Below, in pieces: positions 13,001 to 25,160 of a DNA stretch of 64,000 nt. The notes below the pieces were generated by a model. It saw only the letters and a list, made by a program, of their open reading frames with translations, was not told the origin of the DNA and made no database searches. The translations under genes were made by a program, and so were the position numbers. Position 1 is the first letter of the stretch. Every line of letters begins with the position of its first letter. Source of the DNA: Lama guanicoe (lineage: Eukaryota); the NCBI GenBank assembly GCA_013239625.1, contig MU055744.1, positions 124,001 to 188,000 on the forward strand. The letters are read 5' to 3'.

Positions 13001-16000
13001 TGCTCGCCCTGGCCGAGGAGGGGGCGGCTGTTTCCGGGGCGGGGCCCGGCCTCCAGGAGGGCGCCCAGCAGCATGGACAGGTGCTCGCGGAGATGCTGCG
13101 CCTCATGCTCCTGCTGCTGTTCGCCCTCCACCTGGGGAGGCAGGAAGGAGAGGCTCACGACACTGTGCTGCGTTCAGCCCTGACCCAGGGACCCCTGAGG
13201 GGTCGTGGCCCTCAGCAGGCACCAAGCACCCAGAAAGTGAGGAGGATACGGGGAGTGACTTCTCCAGCACGTCTACCTGCCAGCATCTCGCGTGTCCCTG
13301 AACTCAATCGTGTTTGGAAAGCAAACCTCCCGACACTGCAGGTTGACAGGGAGGAACGTGCCATTACAAAAGCTGCCCACGGCTGGGGGCAAGGGGGAGG
13401 GGGTGAAACGCATCTTCCTCAAACAGTCCTTGTTGTACAGATCTGACTTGGCAGCCCAGTCTCTTCTAAGCCTCCACAACAAGTCTGAAAAAGTCAGAGA
13501 GTCTCAGAAAATCTGAAGGAAGAAAGTAAGGAACCTCAAGAGGCAAAGTGCTCAGAGCATCTGGGACCACCTGGGACCACTGGACGCTGACGTGGAAGGT
13601 AGGTCAACAAGGTCCATGACCTGCCCTCCGTGGGACCGGACACGTGACCAGCACCGCAATGCCCAGAAGCAGGAGGTCAAACACAGACCAAGGGAAAGGA
13701 GGGGCACTGGCCATATTCACCATCCGCAGAGAAAACAAAGCAAGACACTGCAGCCAAGTGTCAGGTCACCAAGTGACAACACCGCCAGGACTGCTGGCAC
13801 TGGAAACGCCACTGGGGTATTGCTGGGGCAGAGGCCATGTGCCAGTCTTTCTGGGCAGCCCTCGGGGGCGATGAACAGTCCAGGGAAGGAGGGCAAGGGC
13901 CAGGTGGACAGGCGGCTGCCTGGTGAGCATGCACTCAGGAGGCGGGTCAAGGCCCTGGGAAGGTCAGTGCCCTGGAGGACGACCAGGCTGGGGACCGGCA
14001 GAGGAGCGAGGACAGAGACAGCCGGGACACACCACGCAGGAAGGCCACGCAGGCCAGAGGTGAGGCAGTGGGCCAGGAGGGTCTGGGACCTGTCTGCAGG
14101 CAGACTGAACGTGACGTGGGACACACAGGGGAAGGGTCCAGAACGACCAATGGGCTTCTGGCTGGAGCAGCTGGGTGAGCTAAGGGGCTCTCTTGAGGGA
14201 GGTGGGAGGACTGGGCAGAGGAGGGCATCACTAGACCTCAGGGAGGCGCACGGTGTGCTGGGCGTCCTCTGCAGCTGAGGTGGCCAAGCCGGGCACCAGA
14301 GACCACCTGGACCACCTGGAGGATGAGTGGACAGAACCCACCCGAGGGCCAGGCTGGGGGTGGAGTGAAGACTGTGTCCAGGAGGATGCGGTCATGTCTG
14401 CCAACCTCTGCTCAGGAACCGGGAGCTCCCAGGGGACTGACTCAGCGCCCACCCAGCCCCAAGAGCCCCACCAGAACCAGACTCACCATCTCGGGGCAGC
14501 CAACAGCGTGGAATCTGCACGGGACTCGGCATTTGCCACATGTCCTGACGTGGTCCTGAAACTAAAGGGCCTGATGTCAACCGCCATCACTTCTCTGTTC
14601 CAGTCACTCACCCCTCCTAAAACCCAACCACCTGTTCCCAAAGCAGCGGTGCACACGCACACGCTCACGCATGTAACATATACGCACGTGCTTGGGTGTG
14701 CGTGTGTGGTTCGAAGCGGGCTGACAGCCCGGGCATCTGCAGACTGAGAGCCTCACACATGCAGGCCATTTCAAATGCCCTTGGAGACCCTGTCCCGTGC
14801 CTGTCCCAGAGAGGAACCTGCGTCTCATCCCTCACAGGTGAGTTTGACGCCCTGGGGCCCTGGGGCTGCCGGCCTGGGCCTCCAACCAAGCCCGGCATGA
14901 GGAGCGGCGTGACGCGGGGGCAGACACCCACCACGGGCCTGCTGGCCCACGACACCAAGACCAACAGAGCAGAACACGAGACCCAGATGGCAGCCAGCCA
15001 CACGGACACTTGGTTCTGACCCGGTCACACCATGGCCAGTGCAGACAGACAGACTGACACTGTCAGAAGTAGGGGGAAGCGGACGAGCAGCCACTGGCCT
15101 CTACCTGCCAAGGATGTCAAATGTGAGAAAATCAGACCTACACTCGCAGGAAAGACAGGCTCAACTCTGGGTCAAAATCCAGAAACAATGAAAAAAATCT
15201 TGAACAGTTCCCCATAACAAAACAGAAACGAAGCAAAGATACCACTCAGTAAAATACAAGGCTGAACCCCGGACACACACAGAGCTCCAAGCAGAGAGAA
15301 AAAAGAGGCCGGGAGCCATGCCAACAAGCAGGCAGGGGCACGAATGGGTCCCGGCAGGAGAGACGGATGAAATTTAGGCCAGAAAGCCCTCAGTCACAGG
15401 CACACCTTGAGAAACGCCCACGGAGCCCAGCCTGGACGCCGGGCGCGCCCACGTGTGGGGGCCCGCGGTGGGTCGGGCACGGCGTCTCCCTGCCGACGCG
15501 CGGGTCCCGGAGCCCCGAGCTCCACTCGGGCCGCGCGCCTCCCCAACTGCTCAGACGCGCCCTTTTCCTACTCTTCACCGTGGAGGGCTGTAACCATCTG
15601 ACAACCTACCCGACAATTACTCTTTAAGGAGCAATCTTAAGAGCTCAAAACAAAAGGAAAGAAACGAGCTTCATCGGATGCTGACAGCTGCCTCTCCTGA
15701 GAAAAGGCCGCTGGGCTGGGCTTCAAACAGGCTGCATGAGGAACATCCTCCCAGAGCGCCAAGGGCTGGAGGGACACCGGTCACCACGGAATGAACTCCT
15801 GGAGAGTCAAGAGTGACGCAGGGGCCATGCCCGTGAAGCTATCACCCAGCGGGACGCTAGATGCGCCCCACGCCACCACCACAGATGGACGTCCTGCAGC
15901 ACCAATGGCTACACACACGCGCGCGCGCGCTAGCAAACTTGGCAGGGACCAGACTCCAGCTCCCGGAGGCCAAGCATTTCAGGCGGGAGGCGGTGCCAGG

Positions 16001-19000
16001 CGAGGGGGTGGGGGCAGGAAGAGGCGAAGGGAACCCCGCCACCACCCCCTCTCCCCAGCTCGGCCACCTTTCACCCACGGGTGACTCCTATGACACCTCC
16101 CCCCAAACTGCTGGAGCCGTGGGCCATCCTGTAGGTGCCTCATCGGTCTGCAGGGACCACTCACTCTCTCACGCAAGATCTTCTTCTTGCCGCAGCCATC
16201 GCAGGTCAAGGGGAACTTGGGGCAGACCTGGTGGTGAGCCTGCAAGAGACACGTGGGTGTGTTGGAGCCCGAGGCGGCCGTGTGATGCGAGGGCCAGCGC
16301 CCATCCCCGGTGCTCTGAGACGGCTTGGCACCGGGGGGCTGCAGGTTGAGGGCATTCCCTCATCTGGCAGGGCCCTGGGACCTTGCCGCTCCACTCTCGC
16401 ACAGCAGAGCCAGGCAGACGGGGAGCGCCGGCCTGGCCTGAGGAAGGAACCTCAGGAGGCACAGAGTCAGTGGTGGGGCACCTGAGCAGCCAAGGTCTCC
16501 AGAGGGGCCTCATGAGGTGCGCAGGGCGGGCTCCCTGATGGGCTGGGCCCAGCTCTCTCCAGATCTGACGCTTCACGGGTGTAAAAGACACCTCGGGACC
16601 CAACTGGCCAAGTGCAGAATGACCCAGCTTCTTCAACAGATTAAAGAAAAGGAAAAAAAGACACCCACGGGGAACCACTGAAGATGGAGATCTGCAGACA
16701 GTGGGGGAGCAGTGGGTGTCTGGGTCCTGACGCACCAAGTCAACGGACAGATGCCAAAAGCGTGGGCACCACGTGAGCCGCCACCTCAGGAAGCACATGA
16801 AATTCCAGGCGTGACAGTAACATGTGGCAGCTCCACGGATGTACACCCCACCCACAATGCCTGAGAAACACACTCTGAAGAGTTTTCGGATGAAGCCTCA
16901 CGTCTGGGGCTGGTTCTGGGTGAGCTGAGGGAGGCCCGAAGCAGCCAGACACATGGCGAAGGCGGCATGAGAGAGAAAGGGTGATGTGGGTGACATGGCC
17001 TTGTGCCGCCACCCACTGCGCGACAGCTCCTCCAACACCGACAGCCTCGGAGAGTGGCTGGCCCTGCCCTCGGCCCAACCCAGCTCCCCTGGGGGCAGGC
17101 CGAGGCCCCTGGCCCTCACCCTCACGTCGGCCGAGCAGCAGGGCGCCCTGCAGTGCCTGCAGGTGAGGCTCCTCTCCGGACACTCGTGCTCCAGGTGCTG
17201 CTCCTTCTCGCCAAGACGGACCAGGCCCTTGCACGCTGGGCACTCGGTCAGCATGAATGGGCAGTGGCCCTCGTGGCAGCTCTGGCAACAAAAGGAGCAA
17301 GGCATTGACAGAGCGCACACAGGACTCAGGCCACCGCTGAGCCTGCAAGGCCCCGGGTTCATCCTCAGTGCTGGATTGCAGGTCCCCAGTCAGCCACGTG
17401 CCGCCCCCACTCCAGTACCCCCGCTCTGGGTCAGGGATCAGGGCCACATCCACTTGGGTGCACCCCACCCACAGGACACACAGGGGACAGTGAAGGGGCC
17501 ACCAGAGGGTGGGGACGAGCTGCAGAGGCGAGAGCAGAGGGAGCAGGTTCTAAGTGGACAGAGGGCAGAGGAGTGACACCGTGGGGGCCGCAGTGAGAAG
17601 CAGAAGGAAGCTAAGGAGCCTCGGGTCCCCACGCCAGGCTGAGAGTGCTGAGCCAGGGGGAGCCCAGCCCTCCTGGAGCTGAGGCGGGCAGGGCACACCT
17701 CAGGAGGCAGGGTCCCAAGCCTGGGGCTCTCTGGGACGGTCGGGCAAGGCCTGGGAGGGAGGAGCGCGAGGGTGCTGACTCCTCCCAGCCATGGGCTGAT
17801 GCTCAGCTTGGGAGGCTCAGCTCGTGAGTCGGGGATACAGACCTAGATCCGAATGCAGCCACGTCCGTGGCTGCTGCTTCACTGCCCAGAGTTGGCAATG
17901 CGCTGCTTCTGCGGCCCTGAGTGGCCAGTGCATGAGCGGGGAAGGTGGGAGGTGGCGGGCTAGGAGGTGAGAAAGGGTGGGGCTTGGATACGCAGGAGCC
18001 AAGGGCCAGGGAGCGAGGGGACCAAAGTTCTACAACCCTCCGGAAACAGAGGGCGCGGTGGAGAGCGAGGAACAGGAGACGAAGGTCTGTTTGTGGCCTG
18101 GCCCCCGGGACCCCACCAACACTCAGCCTGAGCACAGCCTCCCTGGAGCCCCAGGGCACCCACAATCTCCCAGCAGACAGGGCTCTGGCCTGGCCACACT
18201 GAGTACGTAACAGATACCAACGCGAACCAGAGAGGAGTCTCAAAAATGGCCATGGCTTGTGGAGCAAAAACTATACTTGGCTACATGGACCTGATTAAAG
18301 CATACGAAGGCGCTGGCGGGTGAGCGGCGGGCAGCTGAACAAAGACTGGAAAGTGAGGGGCGTGGGCCACCCCAACCACCCAGCCCGCACCGCTCACGTT
18401 CACCCTGCACATCTGACACCCAGGACGCTCCAGTTGCCCCGGGTTTGGACATGGGGCAGGATGAGCCCCTCAGCTCCCACTCCCGCCAGGTCGCTTAGAG
18501 CAGAGACATCAGTATTTATTCAACCAGAGTTCAAACTTAACGCCTAAGCATTTTCACTCTGGTTCCCTGGGACGTGTGGGGGACACAGCACCCGACTCTG
18601 CTCATCCTGCAGCTGCAATTCCCCATAACCTGGCCCTCCCTTCCTCCTTCCCTCCCAGCCGGCCAGGCCACCACCCCTGAAGCCCCAAAGCCCGGAAGAG
18701 AGGCCCTGTCCCCCTGCTGCTCCTTCCACTGCAGCCTGGCTCCTCTCTCCCAGAAGAGCAGCCCTGGGGCTGCTATGACGACTGGGCAGGTTCTCCATAA
18801 ACAACCTTTAACTGAACTGGAGTTTTTAATCACCGAGTTCTTAGAAACACTAGACATCACTGCAGAGGAAAAACTTATTCAAAGACTAAGCAGGATTTTC
18901 CCCATCTTTCCACACTTTCAACAGCTCGGCCCCAGCACCAGCCTTACCCAGCACCGCCCCAATTATGAGCAACCCAAAGGACGGACGTGCCGGCTCAGAG

Positions 19001-21865
19001 CTGAGAGTGGGGCCACCATCATGTCAAGGTGGCCACTCTCACCCCAGCCGGTAACCTTTACAGCCGGGAGAGGTTTATCAACACATCAGGGGCTGCGGCA
19101 GCCGGAGCAGTGCCGCCCCCACGTGACCAGAGCGCCCTCCCAGGGACTTTCCTGAGCTCAGGCGCAGCCAGGGACTTTCCAGCCTGCGTGCCTGCACCCC
19201 CCCACCAAGAACCACAGAGCCGCCACTAGCACCACCAGCCTGGAGGCGGCAGGAATGCTGGAGGAATCGGGGGGGGGGTCACCCCACCCATCCCCAGGGG
19301 TCTTTCAGTCCCATTGACAGCCTGAGGGGCTCCCCACCCTCCCATGAGAGACCCTACCCCAGGTCCGCCCTCCGTTCAACGTCACCTGCCTGCCCCTGGG
19401 CAGCACGGTGGCCCCTGGGCCATCAAGGCCTCTGTCCACGGACTCAGATGCCCCGCTCCCAGGAAGGGAATGGAAAGGGCGCAGGAGCCCAGAGCTGCTC
19501 CGCTTCCAGGCCCCAGCGCCTATCAGAGGAAAGCACAGGTTCCCATCCAGCCTACAGAGGCTCCTCCCAGACACAGCCTCAGGTTCTCCAGCCAAAATGC
19601 AGCTGAGAGCCGAGGTGGTCAAGGGACGCTCAGTGCACACGGCTGGGAGCACAAAGGGAGACGCCTGCCAGGAACCCAGGACCCCAACTGCAGACCCACA
19701 GGCCCTCCCCTGGGGTCAGGACTCAGTCACAGGCCAGTGCCCACCCCACGGCAGGGAGCCTTCTCCGTGGCTGGGGCAGCTCTGGGCGTAGGAGAGCTGG
19801 GGTCCCACACAAACAGCCCTGCCAGCCTTGCCAACCGGGGCTGCACTGGACGGCAAGGAAGCCTCCGCACTGTAAGGGCCCCATTCCTCTGAACACAGGC
19901 CCCCAGCCCCGAGGGCCCCACTCCACTTCCTGTCTCCATGGGTTTGACTCCTCTACGACCCTCACAGGGGTGGACCCCACAGGACCGGTCCTTCTGTGTC
20001 AGGCCCCCTTCGCTCAGCATGACGTCCTCCAGGTCCGTCCTCACTGTAGCCTGTGAGCTCCTTCCTTTTCAAGACTGAATACGGTTCCACGGAGTGACCA
20101 GCCCACATCTCGTTCATCCAGTCCCCAGCTGGTGGGCACTCGGCTACTGGGAACAGTGCTGCTGGGGACACTTGTGCACAAGCACCTTGGAGATGTCACT
20201 TTTAAAGGGCACTTGTTCATCAGTAGAGCCAGCGGCCAGCCTCCCAAGCAGGCTCTGGCAACTCGCGGCCTCCATGCCCAAGGTCCAGCCGCCGGAAGCC
20301 AATCACACAGAAGTGCCCGGGTGCTGACACAGGGGCCAGGCAGCCTCGCCTGGCAGGGGGACCAGTCGCATGAGAACGCACAGCAGCCACTGCCTGTCGC
20401 TGGCCAGGGGCACCTTCCCGTGACCGCAGGACGGTGTGCAGGTCACTTCTGCACCTTCCAGTGTCAACACCATCCAAGAGAGGAAAGCCCTCGTCTGAAG
20501 ACCACACAAAATCCTACCAGCGAGAAAGCTAGTTTCCCGAAGGCAAACGGCGCTCTCAGGGCCCACGCCAGGGCCCGGCCCACGCTGCCCTCCCTGCCCC
20601 GACGCCACGCAGTGACTTGGAGTGGGGAGTACTGAGCCCCAGGCCACACCGCCCAGCCCCACGGGGTCGGCTCCAGGGTCTAAGGGGACCTGCACCCTCT
20701 TCCACAACATCAGATGGCTCTGGGGGAGGGGGCAGCCCCAGGAGGCCGGTGGGCGCAGGGCGGCCCCTACCTCGTATTCTTTCAGGGTCCCCTTCCAGGT
20801 GCAGCCGTCGCTGGGACAGACGGCTGGCAGGCTCTCCACCTCCCTGCGGGCGGCATTGTCTGGGAAGGCCTGGGGGAGAGCGTCCCTGCAGGTCAGCCTC
20901 CTCCCTGTCCCCCGTTGCCCACCCTGCGCCCCACCCCACCAGCCATCGGGCTGGACTGGGTTGCCTCTCCACGCGACCTTCCGGAGCCCAGTCGCCCCAG
21001 CCACTTTGCTCCGTCAGCACTACTCAGGGAAAGGAGCGCTCTGCCCAGCCCACCGCCGCCAGCGCACTCACCGGCGCACTCACCGAGCTGCTCTCCAGGA
21101 TAGAGACGCCGTCCTCGTATATGCCCTCGTGCACGCAGGCAGCACAGTTCTGGGGCCCGGAGCTGGGGGGGGGCGGTCCCGCTGTGAGGCCCGGCGCGAG
21201 CTACGGATCGGGGCTCATTGGCCGCCGGCAGACAGCGAGCACGGAGCTCTCCCTCCGTCTGGGTGCCCCGCGAAGGTGGAGGCCCAGGACCGGGCCAGGG
21301 CCCGCCTCCCGGCCCTTCGGCTGCCACTCGCCAGGCGGGCCCTCTGGGGGACTTGGGGACTCACACGGCCAGCACAACGGGAGCAGGAGTCACAGGGCAC
21401 CTCACACTGTCCATTCCCATGTTAAAAATGAGGAGGGGGGAGGGTACAGCTCAAGTGGTAGAGCAGGTGCTTAGCATGCATAAGGTCCTGGGTTCAATCC
21501 CCAGTACCTCCTCTAAGAATAAATAAACCTAATTACCTCCCTCCAACAAAAAATTTTTTTAACTAAAAACAAAATAAGGAGCAGGGAAACTGACCTTCAC
21601 AAGATGCCTCATCACGCCCCACCCCCGGAGCAGGCCGTCCACACGGCCCCCATCTGCCCACCCACAGCGCCGCCTACCTCAGGATGCTGGTCAGGCAGCA
21701 GGAGCAGTAGCGGTGGCCGCACTGCGCCTGGAAGGGCCTGCGCAGGACGTTCTTGCAGGCCGAGCACAGGTACTTGTCCTCCAGCCTGGTCCCCAGGAGG
21801 GCCTTTGAGAAGCCGGGCTGCAGCAGGTCGAGGGAGCCGGGAGGGGTCACGCTGGCTGCAGCCAT
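10050..21865 (-). CDS. TRAF2: TNF receptor-associated factor 2 (RING, TRAF zinc fingers, coiled coil, MATH/TRAF-C), 523 aa
   Basis: Coding exons: 21865-21678 ([21 protein letters not shown]...RING), 21162-21084, 20869-20771, 17281-17120, 16239-16165, 14561-14487, 13131-12784, 12290-12113, 11011-10863, 10268-10050 (...[15 protein letters not shown]). All GT-AG with consistent phases; total 1572 nt. Confidence 0.98.
19890..20190 (-). mobile_element. L1MB-like 3'-end fragment in TRAF2 intron
   Basis: Reverse-complement L1 3' phrases such as ctccacttcctgtctccatgggtttgactcctcta, cttcgctcagcatgacgtcctccagg and gttcatccag. Confidence 0.6.
21435..21570 (+). mobile_element. tRNA-derived SINE (camelid vic-1-like)
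   Basis: Head gggggagggtacagctcaagtggtagag (A box), ggttcaatcccc (B box), then aataaataaacctaattacctcc and an A-rich tail. Near-TSD aaaatgaggag (21425-21435) / aaaataaggag (21571-21581). Confidence 0.85.
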
Positions 21866-22495
21866 TAGCGCCGCGGCCCGCGAACCGCCAAGCCCTAGGG
21901 GAGAGGACAGCGTGTCACCGCAGGGCCCGTGGGTGCTGGCTCCAGAGAGCCCTCCGGGAACCCTGCCTGGGTGGGGGTCTGGGCCATCAAGCCGACGCTC
22001 TGCAGAGCTAGTCCAATCTACTGCTACAAGTCCAGGAAGCAAGGCGCAGCCGGGGCGGCCTGCCTGCGTCACCAAGCAGGCACCCACATGCCCACCGCAG
22101 CCCTGGGACCGGCGGGCTGCGCTCAAGGCCGTCCAGCCCGGGCCTCTGTGCCCCGGCCAGCCTGCCGTGACCCACAGACTCGGCACGAGCCTGCCCCTGA
22201 CTGCGGTCACGGTCCGGGATCCCTGCACCTGTCTGTCCCAGAGGCCACTCAGTGAGCGACACACTGGCCTGGCAGGACCTTCCCTTTCCCACCTGGCAGC
22301 CCTGAGATTGGGGCGCAGCCTGCTTCCTGCCACTGCTCCTCACCCATCCCTGCAGCCAGTGTCCCTCTCACTTCAGAGCCACCCTCTGCCATCCACCAGG
22401 CCCTGGAAAGGCCCCAAGGCAAGGTAACTGGGCTGGGCGAGTAGGGGGAGCGGGTTCAGAGACTTGTTCATCACCCACAATCTTGAAAAGCAAAA

Positions 22496-22626
22496 GATGG
22501 GTATAGCTCAGCAGTAGAGCGCGTGCTTAGCACACACAAGGTCCTGGGTTCTACACCCAGCATCTCCATTAAAGATACACTGTGAAGACAAATAAGCCTG
22601 ACCCTCCCCCCAAAAAAGTTAAAGAA
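22496..22626 (+). mobile_element. tRNA-derived SINE, same family, more diverged
   Basis: gggtatagctcagcagtagagcgcgtgcttagcacacacaaggtcctgggttc followed by ctccccccaaaaaag. Confidence 0.8.
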
Positions 22627-24539
22627 ACTGTACCCACTAACCCTGGAAAAAGGACGAGCGTCTAGCAGCCCCCAATGCAAAACAGTCACCTCAGAGACAC
22701 TCTGGAGGGCACCCCGGGACACCCCACACGTCTGCTCAGGGATCTGTGCATGCTCAAGCCAGGAAGGAATGAAGGGGACAGGGGTCTGTCTGCCTGGGCA
22801 GCGACGACACGCAGGAGGCCGTGTGTACTGTCCCAAGCGGCCCTGACCCTGGGACAGCGCAGACGGCGCACCAGCGCCCGGCTGCTCTGACAGCTGTGGT
22901 GCTGCCACGTACGAGGCCTGACTCCGAGGGCACCCACAACGTGCAGGGCGTTTGCACAACCCACAGCCTTGCGTCCAGCCGCCCCACAGAGGGGCCGTGT
23001 GCCCAGGTTGCCCGGGGCGGGCACACCTGTCTGCTCTCCCGCACTCTCCTCACACGTGCGCACGTGCGCACACCTGGTCCCTGGGATGCATCCACCCCTT
23101 GGACAACTCGGGACTCCATCCCTGCAAGCCCGCAGGACGTGTGAGTGTGAGCACTACAAGGTGCCATCATTAAGACCTTTCGGTGGACGGTGTGAACAGA
23201 AAGTCCCGAGTGCTCAGTGACGCGCTCAGAGCGCCGGCCAGCGCGAGCTCCCGGCCAGGCTGTGCCCGGGAACTCTGGTCCCTGCAGGCGCTCCCGCCTG
23301 CGTGAGGGCCCCCTACGTTCCTGTCATCTTTTGTTCTGATCATCCTACTAAACTGACTTCATGAACCATGAAGTGGTTTAAAAACCACGGTTCTAAACTA
23401 CATGAGAGAGAGGATTTTATTTTTAAGTATCACTAGCTTAAAAAAAAGCCACCTCCTTTAAGTGAAAACTGTTATAAAATGTTAAATACGATGAAAACAA
23501 AGTGCAAAGGATTCTGACTGCAGCCCTGTTTACACGGGCAGGGCTAGAAGGCAAAATAAAAAATGAACCTCACACGGTGTGAGGATCAGGGGGACACTTG
23601 TCAGGCAGTTTCAAAAACTGTTCCCAGCAGATGTGTGGGGAGACGTTCGTGTCCCACCCTGACTTCCCGCCTGAAGGGGGCTGGCCTGGGAGAAGCACTT
23701 TTTGGCTGATGGACCACAGCTTCTGCCGCACACTGAGCGCATTTTATTAATCCATCGACATTTACTCCTGTTGGACATAAAAGAACCACAAAAGTGATCT
23801 CCTTCTGGAGCGATGAAAAGCGGAAAGGCTCCCCCCCACACACAGCGGGGCTCTGCGGTGGGGCTGGAGGGCGGTCAGATGCTGACAGCCCGCCGGTGCC
23901 CCTGCCACACCCTGGGAGGTCTCAGTGTTTCAATCCTTGAACGTTTTATTCAAGTCACACTCATAAAAACACTTCAGCCCTAAAAATTGTGATGAAAAAC
24001 ATCAGAGACTCAAAAGCGTTGCTGCCCGCCGAAACTGTGGAAGACACAGCGAGCCTCTGGTCCTCTCTGAACTTCTGCAGGGCCCACACACATCCACCCC
24101 CAAGATGACACAGGGCTGTGGCTGTCCTTCGTACTCAGGGGAACAGACGGGGAGGGTCAGATGCTCTGAGCCTCCAGTCTGGAACCAAAACCCCCTACTG
24201 GCCCTTCCAAGCTTCAGTTTATTTTCTAAATTCTGACTCTCAGCTGAGATGGTAAAAAATACGAACTCCATCCATTCAGAGAGACTCACCTGGGCGTGTG
24301 AACAAGTGTTTCCACAGCCCGGCCCCGACCTCACACCTAATTCACTCCCCAAACATGCTCCAGACGTGAACGCACTAACTTTATACAACTTACATCTTGT
24401 CAAAATGGCATTTCTACCAAATACGAACGATGATTTGCCGAGTCAGTCTGATATGTGAAGCATGAGGACAGGCAAAGCAAGTCTAACACAGCGGAAGCCG
24501 GGGCAGCAGCTGCCCGGGGTGTGACGTGTGACACGGGAC

Positions 24540-25160
24540 ACACGTGGTCTTCTTCCTGGCTCCCGACACCGAGCACCTGAACCCCGGGGCTTCCCGAGGG
24601 GTGGGGACGGGAGCCCCTCTCACCGCCACCCCTGTCTCCAGTGGGGAGGAGAGACAGAGCGACTTAATCGCTGGTGATTTAATCAGTCGTGCCTTCATGG
24701 TGGGGCCCCCACAAGCCCCTAAACGATGGGGCCTGCACAGCAGCACCTGGGGTGACCACGCTGAGGTGCTGGGAGGGTGGGGGCTGGAGGGCCATGGAGG
24801 TCGCGCCCTTCCCCACACCTGTCCCTGTGTCTCTTCATCTGGCTGTTACTCAGGACTCCTTTAAGTTCTGTGAGCCCTTCCAGCAAATTACTGAACTGCA
24901 GGAGGGGTCACGGAAGCCCTCAGCTTGTGGCCAGTTGGTCAGAAGCACGGGAGGTGCTGCCTCTGGCACCTCAAGCGGGTAGGGCAGTCTTGTGGGACCA
25001 AGTCCTCCACGTGAGGGGTCTGTGCTGACTCTGGTGGCCAGTACCAGAACTGAATTAAACTGGAGGACACCCAGCTGGTGTCCACCAAGAAATGGAGAAT
25101 TGATTGGTGTGAAAAGACATTTGGAGTCAGAAACGTGAGTAGACAAACAGGAGTTTTCCA
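24540..25160 (+). mobile_element. ERV LTR (MER21-like) in TRAF2 intron 1
   Basis: gaggtgctgggagggtgg, tctcttcatctggctgtt, tctgtgagcccttccagcaaattactgaac, and gaattaaactggaggacacccagctggtgtc. Family assigned from memory. Confidence 0.6.

Noticed and set aside
21435-21510. tRNA-like sequences (also at 22496 and 34451)
   Set aside because: They are SINE heads: followed by a shared SINE body and A-rich tail (with a TSD in one case), and the cloverleaf is degenerate.
21640-21680. Mouse TRAF2A-type alternative donor after the first coding exon
   Set aside because: No GT donor 21 nt downstream and no duplicated SILS-coding segment here.
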